Source of the DNA: Desulfatiglandales bacterium
Lineage (GTDB): Bacteria; Desulfobacterota; DSM-4660; Desulfatiglandales; Desulfatiglandaceae
DNA length: 64,000 nucleotides
Assembly: GCA_963662465.1 (NCBI GenBank)
Contig: OY759599.1
Span: 2,592,001 to 2,656,000, forward strand
Reading direction: 5' to 3'
Position numbers and translations under genes: made by a program. The notes under the pieces were generated by a model that made no database searches, had not been told where the DNA came from, and saw nothing but the letters and a program-made list of their open reading frames with translations. Below are positions 46,399 through 57,205 of this stretch, in pieces. Within the stretch, counting starts at the first letter, position 1. The number at the start of each line of letters is the position of its first letter.

Positions 46399-47274
46399 TT
46401 AACTGTTCAAGGCTCGTTCCCGGGCTTCCCGAAGCGCCCTGGTGGTTAAAATCGCGACCATTTTTTTTCGGTAATCCGCGCTGGATCTGACATCCGTGAT
46501 GGGGCTGGATTCATCTGATGCCAGAACGCCTGCTGCCTTCATGATCTCTTCAGTCAATGCCTTTTCCCGGATGAAATCCTCCGTTTTCTTCGCCTGTAAC
46601 GGGGTGGGACCCACCGCGCCCAGAAAAATGCGGGCGTCCCGGCAGGTTTCCTTATCCATAATGACCATGGCCCCCACGCATACCGCTGAAATATCCACTT
46701 TTCCCCGGGCCGAGATATGCCGGTAAGAAACACCGGAACCGGGAACAGGCGGCGGAACGAGAATGGCGGTCATGATTTCCCCCGGGGTCAAATCCACCTT
46801 TCCGGGACCTTTGAAAAACCGGTCCAGGGGGAGTCGTCTTTCACCTTTCGGGCCCAGCAGCACGGCTTCCGCGTTCAATGCAAGCAGGCTGGGGGCATTG
46901 TCGGCAGAAGGGGCGGCATTGCACAGGTTGCCCGCCACCGTTCCCATATTGCGAACCTGCACATTGGCCGTTTCCAAAGCCGCGGCCGCCACGGCGGGAT
47001 AGTATTTTAAAACATCGGCGTGGGATGCCACATCGGCCAGAAGCGCCGTGGCGCCGATGCTCAGTCCTTTTTCCGAATCGAAAGAGATTTTGTCAAGGCC
47101 CGAGATATGTTTAAGGGCAATGACGGCTTTCGGCTTCAATGCCCCATGGTTCATTTTAACCAGAAGGTCCGTTCCCCCGGCCAGCAAAAAGGCGCCCTCC
47201 CCCTTCTCGGAAAGAAGCCCGTGCGCTTCTTCCAGACTTTCAGGCGCAAAATATTCAAATTTTGGTAATGTCAT
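46399..47274 (-). CDS. Molybdoenzyme FAD-binding medium subunit
   Basis: AGGTDL, QVRNMGTVAGNLCNAAPSAD, PITDVRSSADYR. Confidence 0.92.
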   Translation of the reverse strand: MTLPKFEYFAPESLEEAHGLLSEKGEGAFLLAGGTDLLVKMNHGALKPKAVIALKHISGLDKISFDSEKGLSIGATALLADVASHADVLKYYPAVAAAALETANVQVRNMGTVAGNLCNAAPSADNAPSLLALNAEAVLLGPKGERRLPLDRFFKGPGKVDLTPGEIMTAILVPPPVPGSGVSYRHISARGKVDISAVCVGAMVIMDKETCRDARIFLGAVGPTPLQAKKTEDFIREKALTEEIMKAAGVLASDESSPITDVRSSADYRKKMVAILTTRALREARERALNS

Positions 47275-47287
47275 GATGATACCCCCT

Positions 47288-47764
47288 CTAAGACTGCTTC
47301 ATTTTTTCCGCGGCTTCCGAAATGGCATCCACGATCTGAATATAGCCGGTACACCGGCACAAGTGGCCCGAGAGACCTTCCCTGATCTCCTGATCTGTGG
47401 GAGAACCATTTTTGCTCAGCAGATAAGCAGCCGACATCTCCATACCTGAGGTGCAAAATCCACACTGGATAGCGCCCTTTTCAATGAATGCTTCCTGAAT
47501 GGGATGCAGTTCGCTCCCGGATGGGGCCAAGCCTTCGACGGTTTGAACCTCTTTTCCCTGAACCTCCACAGCCAGGGTCAGGCAGGAACTGACGCTTCTG
47601 CCATCCACCAGCACCGTACAGGCGCCGCAGTCTCCTGAACCGCAACCCAGCTTGGTGCCGGTCAGGTTCAGATCGTCACGGAGCACCTCATTGAGGGTGC
47701 GCCATGGATCAACGGCCAGGGAATACACATCTCCGTTAACCTTGAGTTCAATCAGGTGTTTCAT
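47288..47764 (-). CDS. Molybdoenzyme [2Fe-2S] small subunit
   Basis: GCGSGDCGACT...SC, QCGFC, LCRCTGY; start set at MKHLI after an AAGGAG RBS. Confidence 0.94.
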   Translation of the reverse strand: MKHLIELKVNGDVYSLAVDPWRTLNEVLRDDLNLTGTKLGCGSGDCGACTVLVDGRSVSSCLTLAVEVQGKEVQTVEGLAPSGSELHPIQEAFIEKGAIQCGFCTSGMEMSAAYLLSKNGSPTDQEIREGLSGHLCRCTGYIQIVDAISEAAEKMKQS

Positions 47765-47915
47765 CCTTTTATCTCCTTTTTGCTTTACGTTAAACAAAAG
47801 AACTACCATACATACATATGATTCACATGATAGACAGAGCGTATAACATTGTCAAGCGTTTTTTCCTTCCAGATATGACCAAAATGATTTATATTCCTTG
47901 CTTATGCTGAAAATA

Positions 47916-47961
47916 CAGCTGTTAGCAGTTAGCTATTAGCCGTTAGCTTAAAAGCGGTAGA
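47916..47961. repeat. Dispersed intergenic repeat, copy 2 (inverted relative to 19210-19255)
   Basis: cagctgttagcagttagctattagccgttagcttaaaagcggtaga. Confidence 0.8.
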
Positions 47962-48093
47962 GGTTATTTTCATCCGCAGGGATGGCAAACCCCCTTGTCA
48001 TGAGGGTTTATGATGTAAAATATTCTTGAGGTGTTCACACTCTTTTCCGATCCGGTCGAACAATACACGGAAGCCATTTCACGGGGTAACCAA

Positions 48094-48909
48094 ATGGGAC
48101 AAAAGATACTGGCCGTTGATAACGATCGGCTGATGCTGGAATTCATGAAGGATTTGTTTGAACAACAGGGTCATGAGGTGGTTATCGCGGAAGATGGCAT
48201 TTCCGCCCTGGAGATCTTGAAAGACTATATCCCCGACGTTGCCTTTATTGACCTTGTAATGCCCAACATCAGGGGCGACAAACTATGCCGGATTATTCGA
48301 AGCATGCCCCACCTTAAAAACGTCTACCTTGTCATTGTTTCAGCTACCGCGGTCGAAGAACCCAAGCATTTTGCCGGACTGGGGGCGGATGCCGCCATTG
48401 CCAAAGGACCCTTTCATGAGATGTCGGAGCGTATTCTTAAGGTTTTAAATGAAACAGGCATCAGGATATCAAAGCGTCCCGAAGAATCGCCGCCGGGGTT
48501 TCACGGTATTTCCCAGCGAAAAATCACCAAGGAATTACTGTACGCTGAAAGGCATCTGGAAGCCATTTTAAATCATATATCGGAAGGGATTCTTGAGCTT
48601 AATCCTGATGGAAAAATCATTTTTTGCAATACCAAGGCCGTTTCTCTGTTTGGCGGTTCCGAGGAAAATCTCCTGGGATTGAATTTTGTCGAACTTTTTG
48701 AAGGCAGTGATCGCAAAAGAATTGAAGATCTGCTGGCAAAGATCGGAGACGGCCCCCCTGAAATCAGTGACGGAGTTCGTATCAGGCTGCACGAAGAATG
48801 GGTATCACTGAAACTTTTGCCCATCGATGACCCCACGGGGTGGTCCGTCATCGCCATTCTTACCCCCCTGATCGGCACTGCAACGCCTCAGACGATTGTT
48901 GCGGAATAG
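48094..48909 (+). CDS. Receiver plus PAS domain protein with no output domain
   Basis: ILAVDND, FIDLVMP, AKGP receiver; ILNHISEGI...N..A PAS. Confidence 0.82.
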   Translation: MGQKILAVDNDRLMLEFMKDLFEQQGHEVVIAEDGISALEILKDYIPDVAFIDLVMPNIRGDKLCRIIRSMPHLKNVYLVIVSATAVEEPKHFAGLGADAAIAKGPFHEMSERILKVLNETGIRISKRPEESPPGFHGISQRKITKELLYAERHLEAILNHISEGILELNPDGKIIFCNTKAVSLFGGSEENLLGLNFVELFEGSDRKRIEDLLAKIGDGPPEISDGVRIRLHEEWVSLKLLPIDDPTGWSVIAILTPLIGTATPQTIVAE

Positions 48910-48918
48910 TGACATCTG

Positions 48919-49845
48919 ATGCCTGATATAAAGAAAAGAGTATCGAAATCGAAGCCCGCCGCAACCCTGATTCTGATAAGGCCGAGCGTTGCGGGGCATA
49001 ACGAGAATGGGTTTCAGACATATCTCCTCAAAAGGAGCGCCAAAAGCCGCTTTATGCCGGGCACTCATGTTTTCCCAGGCGGCGTGGTGGAGCCTGAGGA
49101 TCGGGGTCTTGAAACCTGGGCGGATCATTTGGATATGGATCCCGAGGACATACAGCGAAAACTGGGCGCAAACAACCTTTCCGTGGAGGACACCCTTTCC
49201 TTTGTAATCGCCGCCATCCGGGAAACCTTTGAAGAGGCAGGGGTCCTGTTGGGATTCAGAAAAGAAACCGTGGGTCTTGACCTTGAATCCCTGTTGGCGC
49301 AAAGACGCCTTGGCAATCTGGGATCCGGATGGCTCAAAACGCTCATGACGAATGGAAATGCGATGTTGGCGGTTTCAAGCCTGCGCAGATGGTCCCACTG
49401 GATTACGCCCCGGCGGATGCCCCTTCGGTTTGACACGCGGTTCTTTCTAGCGCTGATGCCGGCAGGTCAAATTTGCAGTCCTGACCAAAAGGAAACCACC
49501 GAAGGCCGGTGGATCATACCCAAGGAAGGATTAGTCGGCAACCTTTCCGGTGAAATCCCCCTGAGTCCCCCCGCTGTGGTTACCCTTCACGAACTTTTGC
49601 AATATACACGGATGGATAATCTGCTGAAGGCAGCCGCAAAACGATCCTGGGGAAATATGATGGAACCGAGGTTGGTTCCCTTGAAGCGGGGGACCATGAT
49701 CATCGAGCCCTGGGATCCCATGTATGGGAGAGAACACATCCGCATAGAAAAAACAATGCTTGAAGATGATATCCTGAGCTCTGAAAAACCATTTTCCAGG
49801 CTCTGGCATGATGGACGGTTGTGGCGACCCGTCAGGGTAAGCTGA
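48919..49845 (+). CDS. NUDIX hydrolase (NUDT19/acyl-CoA diphosphatase-like)
   Basis: VFPGG...AAIRETFEEAG split Nudix box, HWITP, RFDTRFF. Confidence 0.88.
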   Translation: MPDIKKRVSKSKPAATLILIRPSVAGHNENGFQTYLLKRSAKSRFMPGTHVFPGGVVEPEDRGLETWADHLDMDPEDIQRKLGANNLSVEDTLSFVIAAIRETFEEAGVLLGFRKETVGLDLESLLAQRRLGNLGSGWLKTLMTNGNAMLAVSSLRRWSHWITPRRMPLRFDTRFFLALMPAGQICSPDQKETTEGRWIIPKEGLVGNLSGEIPLSPPAVVTLHELLQYTRMDNLLKAAAKRSWGNMMEPRLVPLKRGTMIIEPWDPMYGREHIRIEKTMLEDDILSSEKPFSRLWHDGRLWRPVRVS

Positions 49846-49990
49846 AGGCTGATTTGATAATTCTGTTGGCAGAGAAGGGCTATCCGCCGGTTGACCGGGA
49901 TGAAGTGTATAAAGAGATTTTCGAACAGGCTGAAAATTTTAAGAAGTATCAGCAAATATGAAAATTACGCGAATTTGGAAGGAGATAAAA

Positions 49991-51598
49991 ATGGTTGATT
50001 TCAGTTACCAGGAGATGTTTCCCCTGGGAGAGGATACCACCCGGTATCGTCTTCTAAGTCAAGAACATGTTTCCACAACCACTTTTGAAGGCAAAGAGAT
50101 TCTCAAAATTGACCCCGAAGCGCTGACCCTTCTGACGGAAACGGCATTCCGAGACGTTGCCCATTTACTGCGGCCCGCGCACCTTAAAAAAGTGGCCGCC
50201 ATCATGGATGATCCGGAAGCCTCCAAAAACGATCGACTGGTTGCCCTCGAGATGCTGAAGAATGCCGTCATTTCAGCCGAAATGGAATTTCCCATGTGTC
50301 AGGATACCGGAACAGCCGTTATCATGGGCAAGAAAGGCCAGCAGGTATGGGCGGATTTCAACGAAAGCGAAGCCATTTCCAAAGGGGTGTTCAACGCCTA
50401 TGTGAAAAACAATCTGCGGTATTCCCAGAACGCTCCTTTGAGCATGTTTGAAGAAAAAAACACCGGGTGCAATCTTCCGGCGCAGATTGATTTGTATGCC
50501 ACATCGGGCGACGGCTATAAATTTCTTTTTGTGGCCAAGGGCGGCGGAAGCGCCAACAAAGTCTACCTCTATCAGGAAACCAAGGCGGTTTTAAATCCGG
50601 ATACCCTCAGAAAATTCGTGTTGGAAAAAATGAAAACCCTGGGTACGGCAGCCTGCCCACCCTACCATCTGGCTTTTGCCATCGGCGGAACATCAGCGGA
50701 ATTGAATCTGAAAACCGTCAAGCTGGCCAGCGCCGGTTATCTGGATACCCTGCCGACAACAGGGTCGCCGGGCGGCCGCGCTTTCAGAGATGTGGACTTG
50801 GAAGACGATATTCTCAAAATGTCCCGGGAGACCGGTATCGGGGCTCAGTTCGGCGGCAAATATTTCTGTCTGGATGTTCGGGTCATTCGAATGCCCCGAC
50901 ACGGTGCATCGTGCCCCATCGGGATAGGGGTCAGTTGCAGTGCGGACCGTAACGTCAAAGGAAAAATCACTAAGCAAGGCATTTTCCTGGAACAGCTTGA
51001 AACCGATCCGGCCAAATACCTGCCATCCCTTGAAAACGCTTTCGAAGATGCCGTGCGGATTGATCTCAATCAACCCATGGATGACATTCGGCATATCCTG
51101 ACGAAATACCCGGTTGCCACACCGCTGTTGCTGACCGGAAAAATTGTGGTGGGCAGGGATATCGCCCATGCCAAACTCAAGGAACGCCTCGATGCCGGTG
51201 AAGAGTTGCCACAGTATATCAAGGACCATATCATTTACTATGCGGGACCGGCCAAAACGCCTGAAGGATATGCGTCCGGCTCTTTCGGTCCCACAACGGC
51301 CGCCCGCATGGATCCCTATGTTCCGGTTTTCCAGAAAAGGGGCGGTTCCATGGTGATGCTGGCCAAAGGGAACCGTTCCCAGCAGGTCACCGATGCCTGC
51401 AAAGAATACGGCGGATTCTATCTGGGATCCATCGGCGGTCCCGCCGCGCGTCTGGGCAAAGAGTGCATCACCCATGTGAAAGTGCTTGAGTATCCGGAAC
51501 TGGGCATGGAAGCCATCTTTGAGATCACGGTCAAGGATTTCCCCGCCTTTATCCTGGTCGATGACAAGGGCAACGATTTCTTTAAAAACCTTTTGTAA
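49991..51598 (+). CDS. fumA: Class I (Fe-S) fumarate hydratase
   Basis: [40 protein letters not shown]. Confidence 0.93.
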   Translation: MVDFSYQEMFPLGEDTTRYRLLSQEHVSTTTFEGKEILKIDPEALTLLTETAFRDVAHLLRPAHLKKVAAIMDDPEASKNDRLVALEMLKNAVISAEMEFPMCQDTGTAVIMGKKGQQVWADFNESEAISKGVFNAYVKNNLRYSQNAPLSMFEEKNTGCNLPAQIDLYATSGDGYKFLFVAKGGGSANKVYLYQETKAVLNPDTLRKFVLEKMKTLGTAACPPYHLAFAIGGTSAELNLKTVKLASAGYLDTLPTTGSPGGRAFRDVDLEDDILKMSRETGIGAQFGGKYFCLDVRVIRMPRHGASCPIGIGVSCSADRNVKGKITKQGIFLEQLETDPAKYLPSLENAFEDAVRIDLNQPMDDIRHILTKYPVATPLLLTGKIVVGRDIAHAKLKERLDAGEELPQYIKDHIIYYAGPAKTPEGYASGSFGPTTAARMDPYVPVFQKRGGSMVMLAKGNRSQQVTDACKEYGGFYLGSIGGPAARLGKECITHVKVLEYPELGMEAIFEITVKDFPAFILVDDKGNDFFKNLL

Positions 51599-51635
51599 GC
51601 CTTTTATGTGATGGCGAAAAGGCGAAGTTTATCTT

Positions 51636-52163
51636 ATGCTGAGGAGTACACACTCTGAGAAGCAATCCTCTGAATCGCTGCGCTTAACTCTGCGTTCATG
51701 CCTTTTTAATTATGACGTGAATAGAAAACACCTTACTCAGGTACAGCGAGATAAAATGATCAAAGTCTGCGCTCAATGCCATTCGGCAACCTATGCGCAA
51801 ACCCAGTTGGAAATGGGAGATGACATGCTTCGAAAGGCGGACCGATTAATGGCTCAGGCCATTGAGACTGTGGCCGCTCTTTACCGGGACGGCATTATTC
51901 AAAAACCGGAAAGCTACCCCTTCAATTATCCCAACCTCCTCTTCTTCATGCGAACCGGCGGCGGCGATTTCAATAAGCTTTCCCACATTGACCAGATTCT
52001 GCTAAAAATGTACCTCAAGCATCGCATGCGCACTTTTCAGGGATTTTTTCACATTAACCCGGACTATGCCTATTGGTACGGCTGGGCGGCAATGGTGGAG
52101 GATTTGGGGGAAATTCAGGAAACAGGCCTGCTTATGCGAGCAACACACGTTAAAAGCAAGTAA
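51636..52163 (+). pseudogene. C-terminal fragment of a multiheme c-type cytochrome (HAO/octaheme-like)
   Basis: One CAQCH, then HRMRTFQGFFHINPDYAYWYGW; no signal peptide or upstream heme motifs; recognisable homology starts near 51745. Confidence 0.65.
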
Positions 52164-52281
52164 GGCTCAGAACCATACTCTCCTCAAAACAAATCGATTT
52201 CTTAGATCTTTTTTCGGAGACGCATCCGGGTGAAAAGTTAGGGGATTGGTATAAAGAATCACTCACTACGGAGAGTTTGAT

Positions 52282-53259
52282 ATGCCCGCCGACAGTATCA
52301 AGCTCTGTTATATTTACGGCATTAACAAACAAAATGCCGTCAATTACATGGCCCTGGCTTTTTTTCATTTTCCATTAAGCTGCACCGATGCCCATAACCC
52401 GAAAACGACAAAAGCAACCATGGAAGGCGCCATATCCGGCTTTCAAAAGCTCAGATTTCTGGGATTGCGCCCTTCGGAGGTAAACGGGGCGGCATTGGGA
52501 GAGCTCCTCCAAGCGGATGCCGACGCGCCAATCTACGACTGCACCGACGATACGATTGTTTACGCCCTGGATCTGGCCTATACAATGGTCGGCATGCACC
52601 TTGAGTCATTATCCCTGGAGGCAAATTCAGCCAAGGAAATCCAGGGGTATATCAAATCGGTACCCACGGTCATGGAGCTTGGCATAAAAATTTATGAACT
52701 CATGGAAGTGGAAGAGCAAACCTTTCCCGTTGACCTATCGCAAGGTGGCGGCGGAACCGTCGTCATCAAGCTCAATTTTGACAAATCCTCGGCCCATTCA
52801 TCGGGCCCACTTTCCATTCTATCCTACAGTGCTCAGGCGACAACCGACCCGATCTCTTATACCTTTGAAAGCGTCCTCTACGGCGGGAATGTATCGGTCA
52901 GCATCGGTATGTATACGAGCGACAATTTTCTGGCGGCCGGTTGCGCCACGGGTTACATGCCGAACCAGGGAGGTTCCACAAGCCAGGATTCTTCCGGCGT
53001 CGGATCCTCGTGTTCGGATCCCGGACCCTCGCCGGACATCAGCCATATCACCAATAACATGGGCGATCTAGCGGTGGCTCTCTATATGAACGAGAAAAAG
53101 ATTCCCCTGACCGCGAGTACCCGATACGAATTCCTGCGGAAAACCGGCCTCAACGCGGATAACAATCATACATGGGTCGAAGGCAGTGATGCGCCAACGG
53201 AAATCGCGGATTTCCTCGTGGCGGAGCCCATAAAAAACCAACTTGCGTTAACCGGATAG
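52282..53259 (+). CDS. Hypothetical protein, possibly a 5'-truncated fragment
   Basis: 325-codon ORF, Ser/Gly-rich, no clear RBS or family. Confidence 0.5.
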   Translation: MPADSIKLCYIYGINKQNAVNYMALAFFHFPLSCTDAHNPKTTKATMEGAISGFQKLRFLGLRPSEVNGAALGELLQADADAPIYDCTDDTIVYALDLAYTMVGMHLESLSLEANSAKEIQGYIKSVPTVMELGIKIYELMEVEEQTFPVDLSQGGGGTVVIKLNFDKSSAHSSGPLSILSYSAQATTDPISYTFESVLYGGNVSVSIGMYTSDNFLAAGCATGYMPNQGGSTSQDSSGVGSSCSDPGPSPDISHITNNMGDLAVALYMNEKKIPLTASTRYEFLRKTGLNADNNHTWVEGSDAPTEIADFLVAEPIKNQLALTG

Positions 53260-53392
53260 GCATGCATCGTGCAATATCATAAAACCTCCGACAATCCGAG
53301 TTTAGTTGAAGATAGAGGGGTTCTAGTCTATGCTTCCGTTTGAAACTGAATTACAGTCTGCCCCCGCAACCCAAAAGAAAGGACTTTACAAA

Positions 53393-54265
53393 ATGAAACC
53401 GCTTGCGGCATGTGCCCCGTGTATTCTGGAATGGACCTTTGGGAGAACGGCATCTTCCTTAGATGAAAACAAAAGTGTTGAATTGATGCGAACCCTGTTA
53501 GGGGTATTACATGATGAATTCAAGGTGAATCAAAACCTGGGTCTCATTGCAAAGAGGCTCCTCGATGCGGTCAATCCCCAAATATTGGATGCCGCCGTTC
53601 TTTATGATGAGATCAAAAAGAACACCAATCTCGTTGTAAAAGCATTGTTGCCCGCTGCCAGGCAATTTGTCCAAACGGGTAAAACGCCGCAAGAACGTTT
53701 CGAGAGGGCGTGTTGCCTCGCATCAACGGGCAATGTTTCACCCCTCGCCGCACCCTCCGGGACTCTCGAATTTTCCGATGCGGAAGGGTTTATAGTGGGA
53801 AGCGGTCCCTTCCCCGTCGTAACAGGCAATGTGTATGAAGCCGCCCGAAACAAAAAACGGGTTTTATTCCTTTGCGATAACACCGGGGAAATTGGTTTTG
53901 ATTCCCTGCTCATAGAACAACTCAAAACCATGGGGAGTACTGTTACCCTCGTCCTCAAAGAGGCGCCCTTTTTTGAAGATGCCACACTTCAAGATGCCGT
54001 TTACTTCGGTCTGGACAACCTGAGCGACTGCATACTGAGCGTCAAAACCCTTTTCATCCCCGGTGAGAAAGCCCCATCCGTGCTGGATGAAGCCTATCAG
54101 GAAAGTGATCTGGTGATCGCAAAAGGCACTTTCAATGTTGAGTCTCTTTACGGGGAAACCTTTGGAAAACCCGTCATTTTTATCCTGAAGGCCAAATGCG
54201 GGCCCCTTTCAAAAAAATTTGGTGTTGATCAGGGGAGTTTTATCGTCAGGCTTGAGAACGGCTAA
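53393..54265 (+). CDS. DUF89/ARMT1-like damage-control phosphatase
   Basis: CAPC N-terminus, GN, CDNTGEIGFD, DAT, IAKG..N.E, KAKC. Confidence 0.82.
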   Translation: MKPLAACAPCILEWTFGRTASSLDENKSVELMRTLLGVLHDEFKVNQNLGLIAKRLLDAVNPQILDAAVLYDEIKKNTNLVVKALLPAARQFVQTGKTPQERFERACCLASTGNVSPLAAPSGTLEFSDAEGFIVGSGPFPVVTGNVYEAARNKKRVLFLCDNTGEIGFDSLLIEQLKTMGSTVTLVLKEAPFFEDATLQDAVYFGLDNLSDCILSVKTLFIPGEKAPSVLDEAYQESDLVIAKGTFNVESLYGETFGKPVIFILKAKCGPLSKKFGVDQGSFIVRLENG

Positions 54266-54289
54266 CGCATGAGACGAGGAGGCGCTAGA

Positions 54290-55393
54290 ATGTATGATTC
54301 TCAGGTTTTTGACGTCATCGTGGTGGGGGCCGGACCCGGAGGGACTGCAGCCGCCAAACGTTGCGCGGACCGCGGCCTGAACGTCCTGTTAATCGAGAAA
54401 AAAGAACTGCCCCGCGACAAAGTCTGTTCCGGAATGATCATGGGGGAGTGGGCGCTTAAGATTATCCGACAGGAGTTCGGCAGCATTCCGCCATCCGTGC
54501 TTACGGACCCACCGTTACTTTCAGGCCATCGATTTTATGTAGGAACGGACAAAACGGAAGAGCTGAAATGGCCAACCGCCCTTTCATGGCGAAAGGACCT
54601 GGATTTCTGGGTGGTTCAAGGGGCTGTAAAAAGCGGCGTTAAATTGAAGGAGGGCGTACGTGTTGCCGGCATAAAGCCGGTAAATGGCGGGTGCCGGGTC
54701 ATCCTTGAAAAAGGGGGGAAAACCGAAGCGCTGCATGCACGCTTCGTCATAGGCGCAGACGGCGCCGCTTCCGTGGTCCGCAGATCCATATTCCCTGAAC
54801 TGAAGGTTCGTTTTTCGGGTCCCATCCGGGAATGCTACCGGGGCGCGTTGGACCTTCCAAAAGACTTCTTCCACTGGTTTTTTCCTAAAAGTCTTCCGCG
54901 CCCCCGATTTAACGTCAATCACAAAGACGATGTATTCCTGATCGAGGGATCGGGACTCAGGAAACTGCGAGGGGAAATCGCAAAGACCCTTTTGCGCTAC
55001 GGCTTTAATCCGGACACAAAACCGATCCGGACGGATGGCTGCGCCATCGCCCTGTTGCACGATAATCTGCTTTCGGGAGCATTTCAGCCCGTCAAAAGGA
55101 ATGTTCTGCTGATCGGCGATGCGGCCGGGCTTATTCTGCCCATCACTTTCGAAGGCATCGGTTCGGCTCTCAAAAGCGGAATTCTGGCATCTGAGGCCAT
55201 TATCAGACATTTTGACGATGAAACAGAGGTCGCATCCTTATACCTCAAAAGCCTTGACCCCATGCTGCTCACCATCCGGCGGCTCTGCGTGGTTCAAGAT
55301 GAACTGAAGACTGCGGCAAATGGCGGCGCGGATATCCTGGCTAAAGCCCTGCGAGACGCTTACAGGGAAACCCTGATCCTTCAAAAGACCTGA
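54290..55393 (+). CDS. Geranylgeranyl reductase-like FAD oxidoreductase
   Basis: VVGAGPGG, PRDKVCSG, IGADG, IGDAAG...EGI. Confidence 0.88.
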   Translation: MYDSQVFDVIVVGAGPGGTAAAKRCADRGLNVLLIEKKELPRDKVCSGMIMGEWALKIIRQEFGSIPPSVLTDPPLLSGHRFYVGTDKTEELKWPTALSWRKDLDFWVVQGAVKSGVKLKEGVRVAGIKPVNGGCRVILEKGGKTEALHARFVIGADGAASVVRRSIFPELKVRFSGPIRECYRGALDLPKDFFHWFFPKSLPRPRFNVNHKDDVFLIEGSGLRKLRGEIAKTLLRYGFNPDTKPIRTDGCAIALLHDNLLSGAFQPVKRNVLLIGDAAGLILPITFEGIGSALKSGILASEAIIRHFDDETEVASLYLKSLDPMLLTIRRLCVVQDELKTAANGGADILAKALRDAYRETLILQKT

Positions 55394-55503
55394 AAATGAT
55401 AAATGTTAAAGAGGAAGCAAAGGAAAATTGTTGAGAAGCCAAGAAAATGTTAAAGTGGGGGAACGTTGTGTTTTGAGCGTTTTTTGATTCTCCACGGGCC
55501 ATT

Positions 55504-57120
55504 ATGACATTCATCGACTGGGTCGTACTCTGCATCTATATTTTTTCCATTATCTTCATGAGCGCCTGGATCGGACGTCGCCAGAAGTCTCAGGAAGACT
55601 ATTACCTGGGCGGCCGCGCCATGGGGTCCCGGCAGGTTGCCATGTCCATCATGGCCACCCAGGTGAGCGCCATCAGCCTGGTGGGCGCGCCCGCATTTAT
55701 CGCCCTCAAGAGTGATGGCGGTTTGATATGGCTGCAATACGAATTCGCCATCCCCCTGGCCATGATGTTCATCATGTTGATCATGGTGCCTCTCTACCAT
55801 CGGACTCACGCCATTACCATCTACGGATACCTGGAAAAACGCTTCGGCAGATCGACCCGGATGAGCATCAGCGCCGTATTTCTGGTAAGCCGGGGCCTGG
55901 GTTCCGGCGTCGCCCTTCTGGCCACGGCCATCGTAACCTCGGTATGCCTGCAATGGCCGCTCTGGCAAACAATTTTGTTGATCGGCATCGTCTCCATTAT
56001 TTATACCACCTTCGGCGGGATTGTGGCGGATATCTATTCTGACATCATTCAGCTCATTATCCTCTGGAGCGGATCTCTTGTGGCCATTATCATCCTGGTC
56101 CACATGCTGGATACATCGGCATTTGCCCTTTTGAAAAACGATCCGCGGCGATTGCGCATTTTTGATTTTTCAGCCCTCGGGTTAGGAGACAATCGGACCT
56201 TCGGATTCTGGCCCATGCTCGTGGGCGGTTTTTTCCTGTATCTCTCCTATTACGGCTGCGACCAGAGCCAGGCCCAGAGACTGCTGACAACAGCCACTCC
56301 CAAGGAAGCCCAGAAAGCCTTGATGATCAACGGTATATTTCGCTTTCTGTTGGTTCTCACCTACTGTACCCTGGGCGTCCTGCTAATTCCCTTTCTGTTG
56401 ACCCATCCGGAATTCGCCGCCAGGCTGCAGGATAAGCAGGCGGACTTTCTGGTACCCTATTTTCTCATGGCGTATTTTCCAAAAGGAATACTGGGCATCC
56501 TCATTGCGGGTTTTTTCGCCGCTTCCATGTCGAGTATCGACAGCGCTCTCAATTCACTCAGTGCGGTAACCTATGAGGATTTCCTGGTTCGATTATTCCC
56601 CGGGCTATCCAGGACATCCGATGCCCGAAAAGTCCATTTGTCGCGCCTGCTGACGGTTTTCTGGGGGCTGGTGGCCACCGGATTCGCATTGAGAATGATC
56701 GGCGGTTCGGAAACCGTATTGGAGTTGGTCAATAAAATCGGATCAGCGTTTTACGGGCCCATACTGGCGATTTTCTGGCTGGGCATCCTGACCCAACGCG
56801 GTTCCCAAACGGGCGCCATCAGCGGACTGGCGGCCGGCGTCGGATTCAATATATTTCTCTGGCAAACCTGCGGCAGTACGGTCAGCTGGCTATGGTGGAA
56901 TGTATTTGGATTTCTGATTTCCTTCGGAGTTGGGTATGGATTAAGTCTCATATTTGTTTCGAATGGGCGCCACGAAGGATTGATTTTGAACCGCCGGGAA
57001 CTCTTATCCGGCTACCTGTCAGGAAAAAAATACTATCGCCTGCTCGCGGCCGTTTTCCTTCTCATCCTGATGATAAGCTTCTTTCTGCAGGAATGCCTCA
57101 TTGCCGTATGGGCATTCTAG
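55504..57120 (+). CDS. Sodium:solute symporter family protein
   Basis: DYYLGGR, YLEKRFG, YTTFGG, DQSQAQR, AASMSSIDSALNS; about 13 TM segments. Confidence 0.93.
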   Translation: MTFIDWVVLCIYIFSIIFMSAWIGRRQKSQEDYYLGGRAMGSRQVAMSIMATQVSAISLVGAPAFIALKSDGGLIWLQYEFAIPLAMMFIMLIMVPLYHRTHAITIYGYLEKRFGRSTRMSISAVFLVSRGLGSGVALLATAIVTSVCLQWPLWQTILLIGIVSIIYTTFGGIVADIYSDIIQLIILWSGSLVAIIILVHMLDTSAFALLKNDPRRLRIFDFSALGLGDNRTFGFWPMLVGGFFLYLSYYGCDQSQAQRLLTTATPKEAQKALMINGIFRFLLVLTYCTLGVLLIPFLLTHPEFAARLQDKQADFLVPYFLMAYFPKGILGILIAGFFAASMSSIDSALNSLSAVTYEDFLVRLFPGLSRTSDARKVHLSRLLTVFWGLVATGFALRMIGGSETVLELVNKIGSAFYGPILAIFWLGILTQRGSQTGAISGLAAGVGFNIFLWQTCGSTVSWLWWNVFGFLISFGVGYGLSLIFVSNGRHEGLILNRRELLSGYLSGKKYYRLLAAVFLLILMISFFLQECLIAVWAF

Positions 57121-57205
57121 CGCAAGCATACGATTTATGTTGCATCCGCCAAACCCATTGTGAAACAATTCGGCAAACGATCACTCGATTTAAAAGGAGA
57201 ATGAA

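Noticed and set aside
44108..47764. Assigning hcrABC or coxLMS gene symbols
   Set aside because: The medium subunit lacks the HcrB Fe-S insert and the large subunit lacks the CoxL AYxCSFR loop
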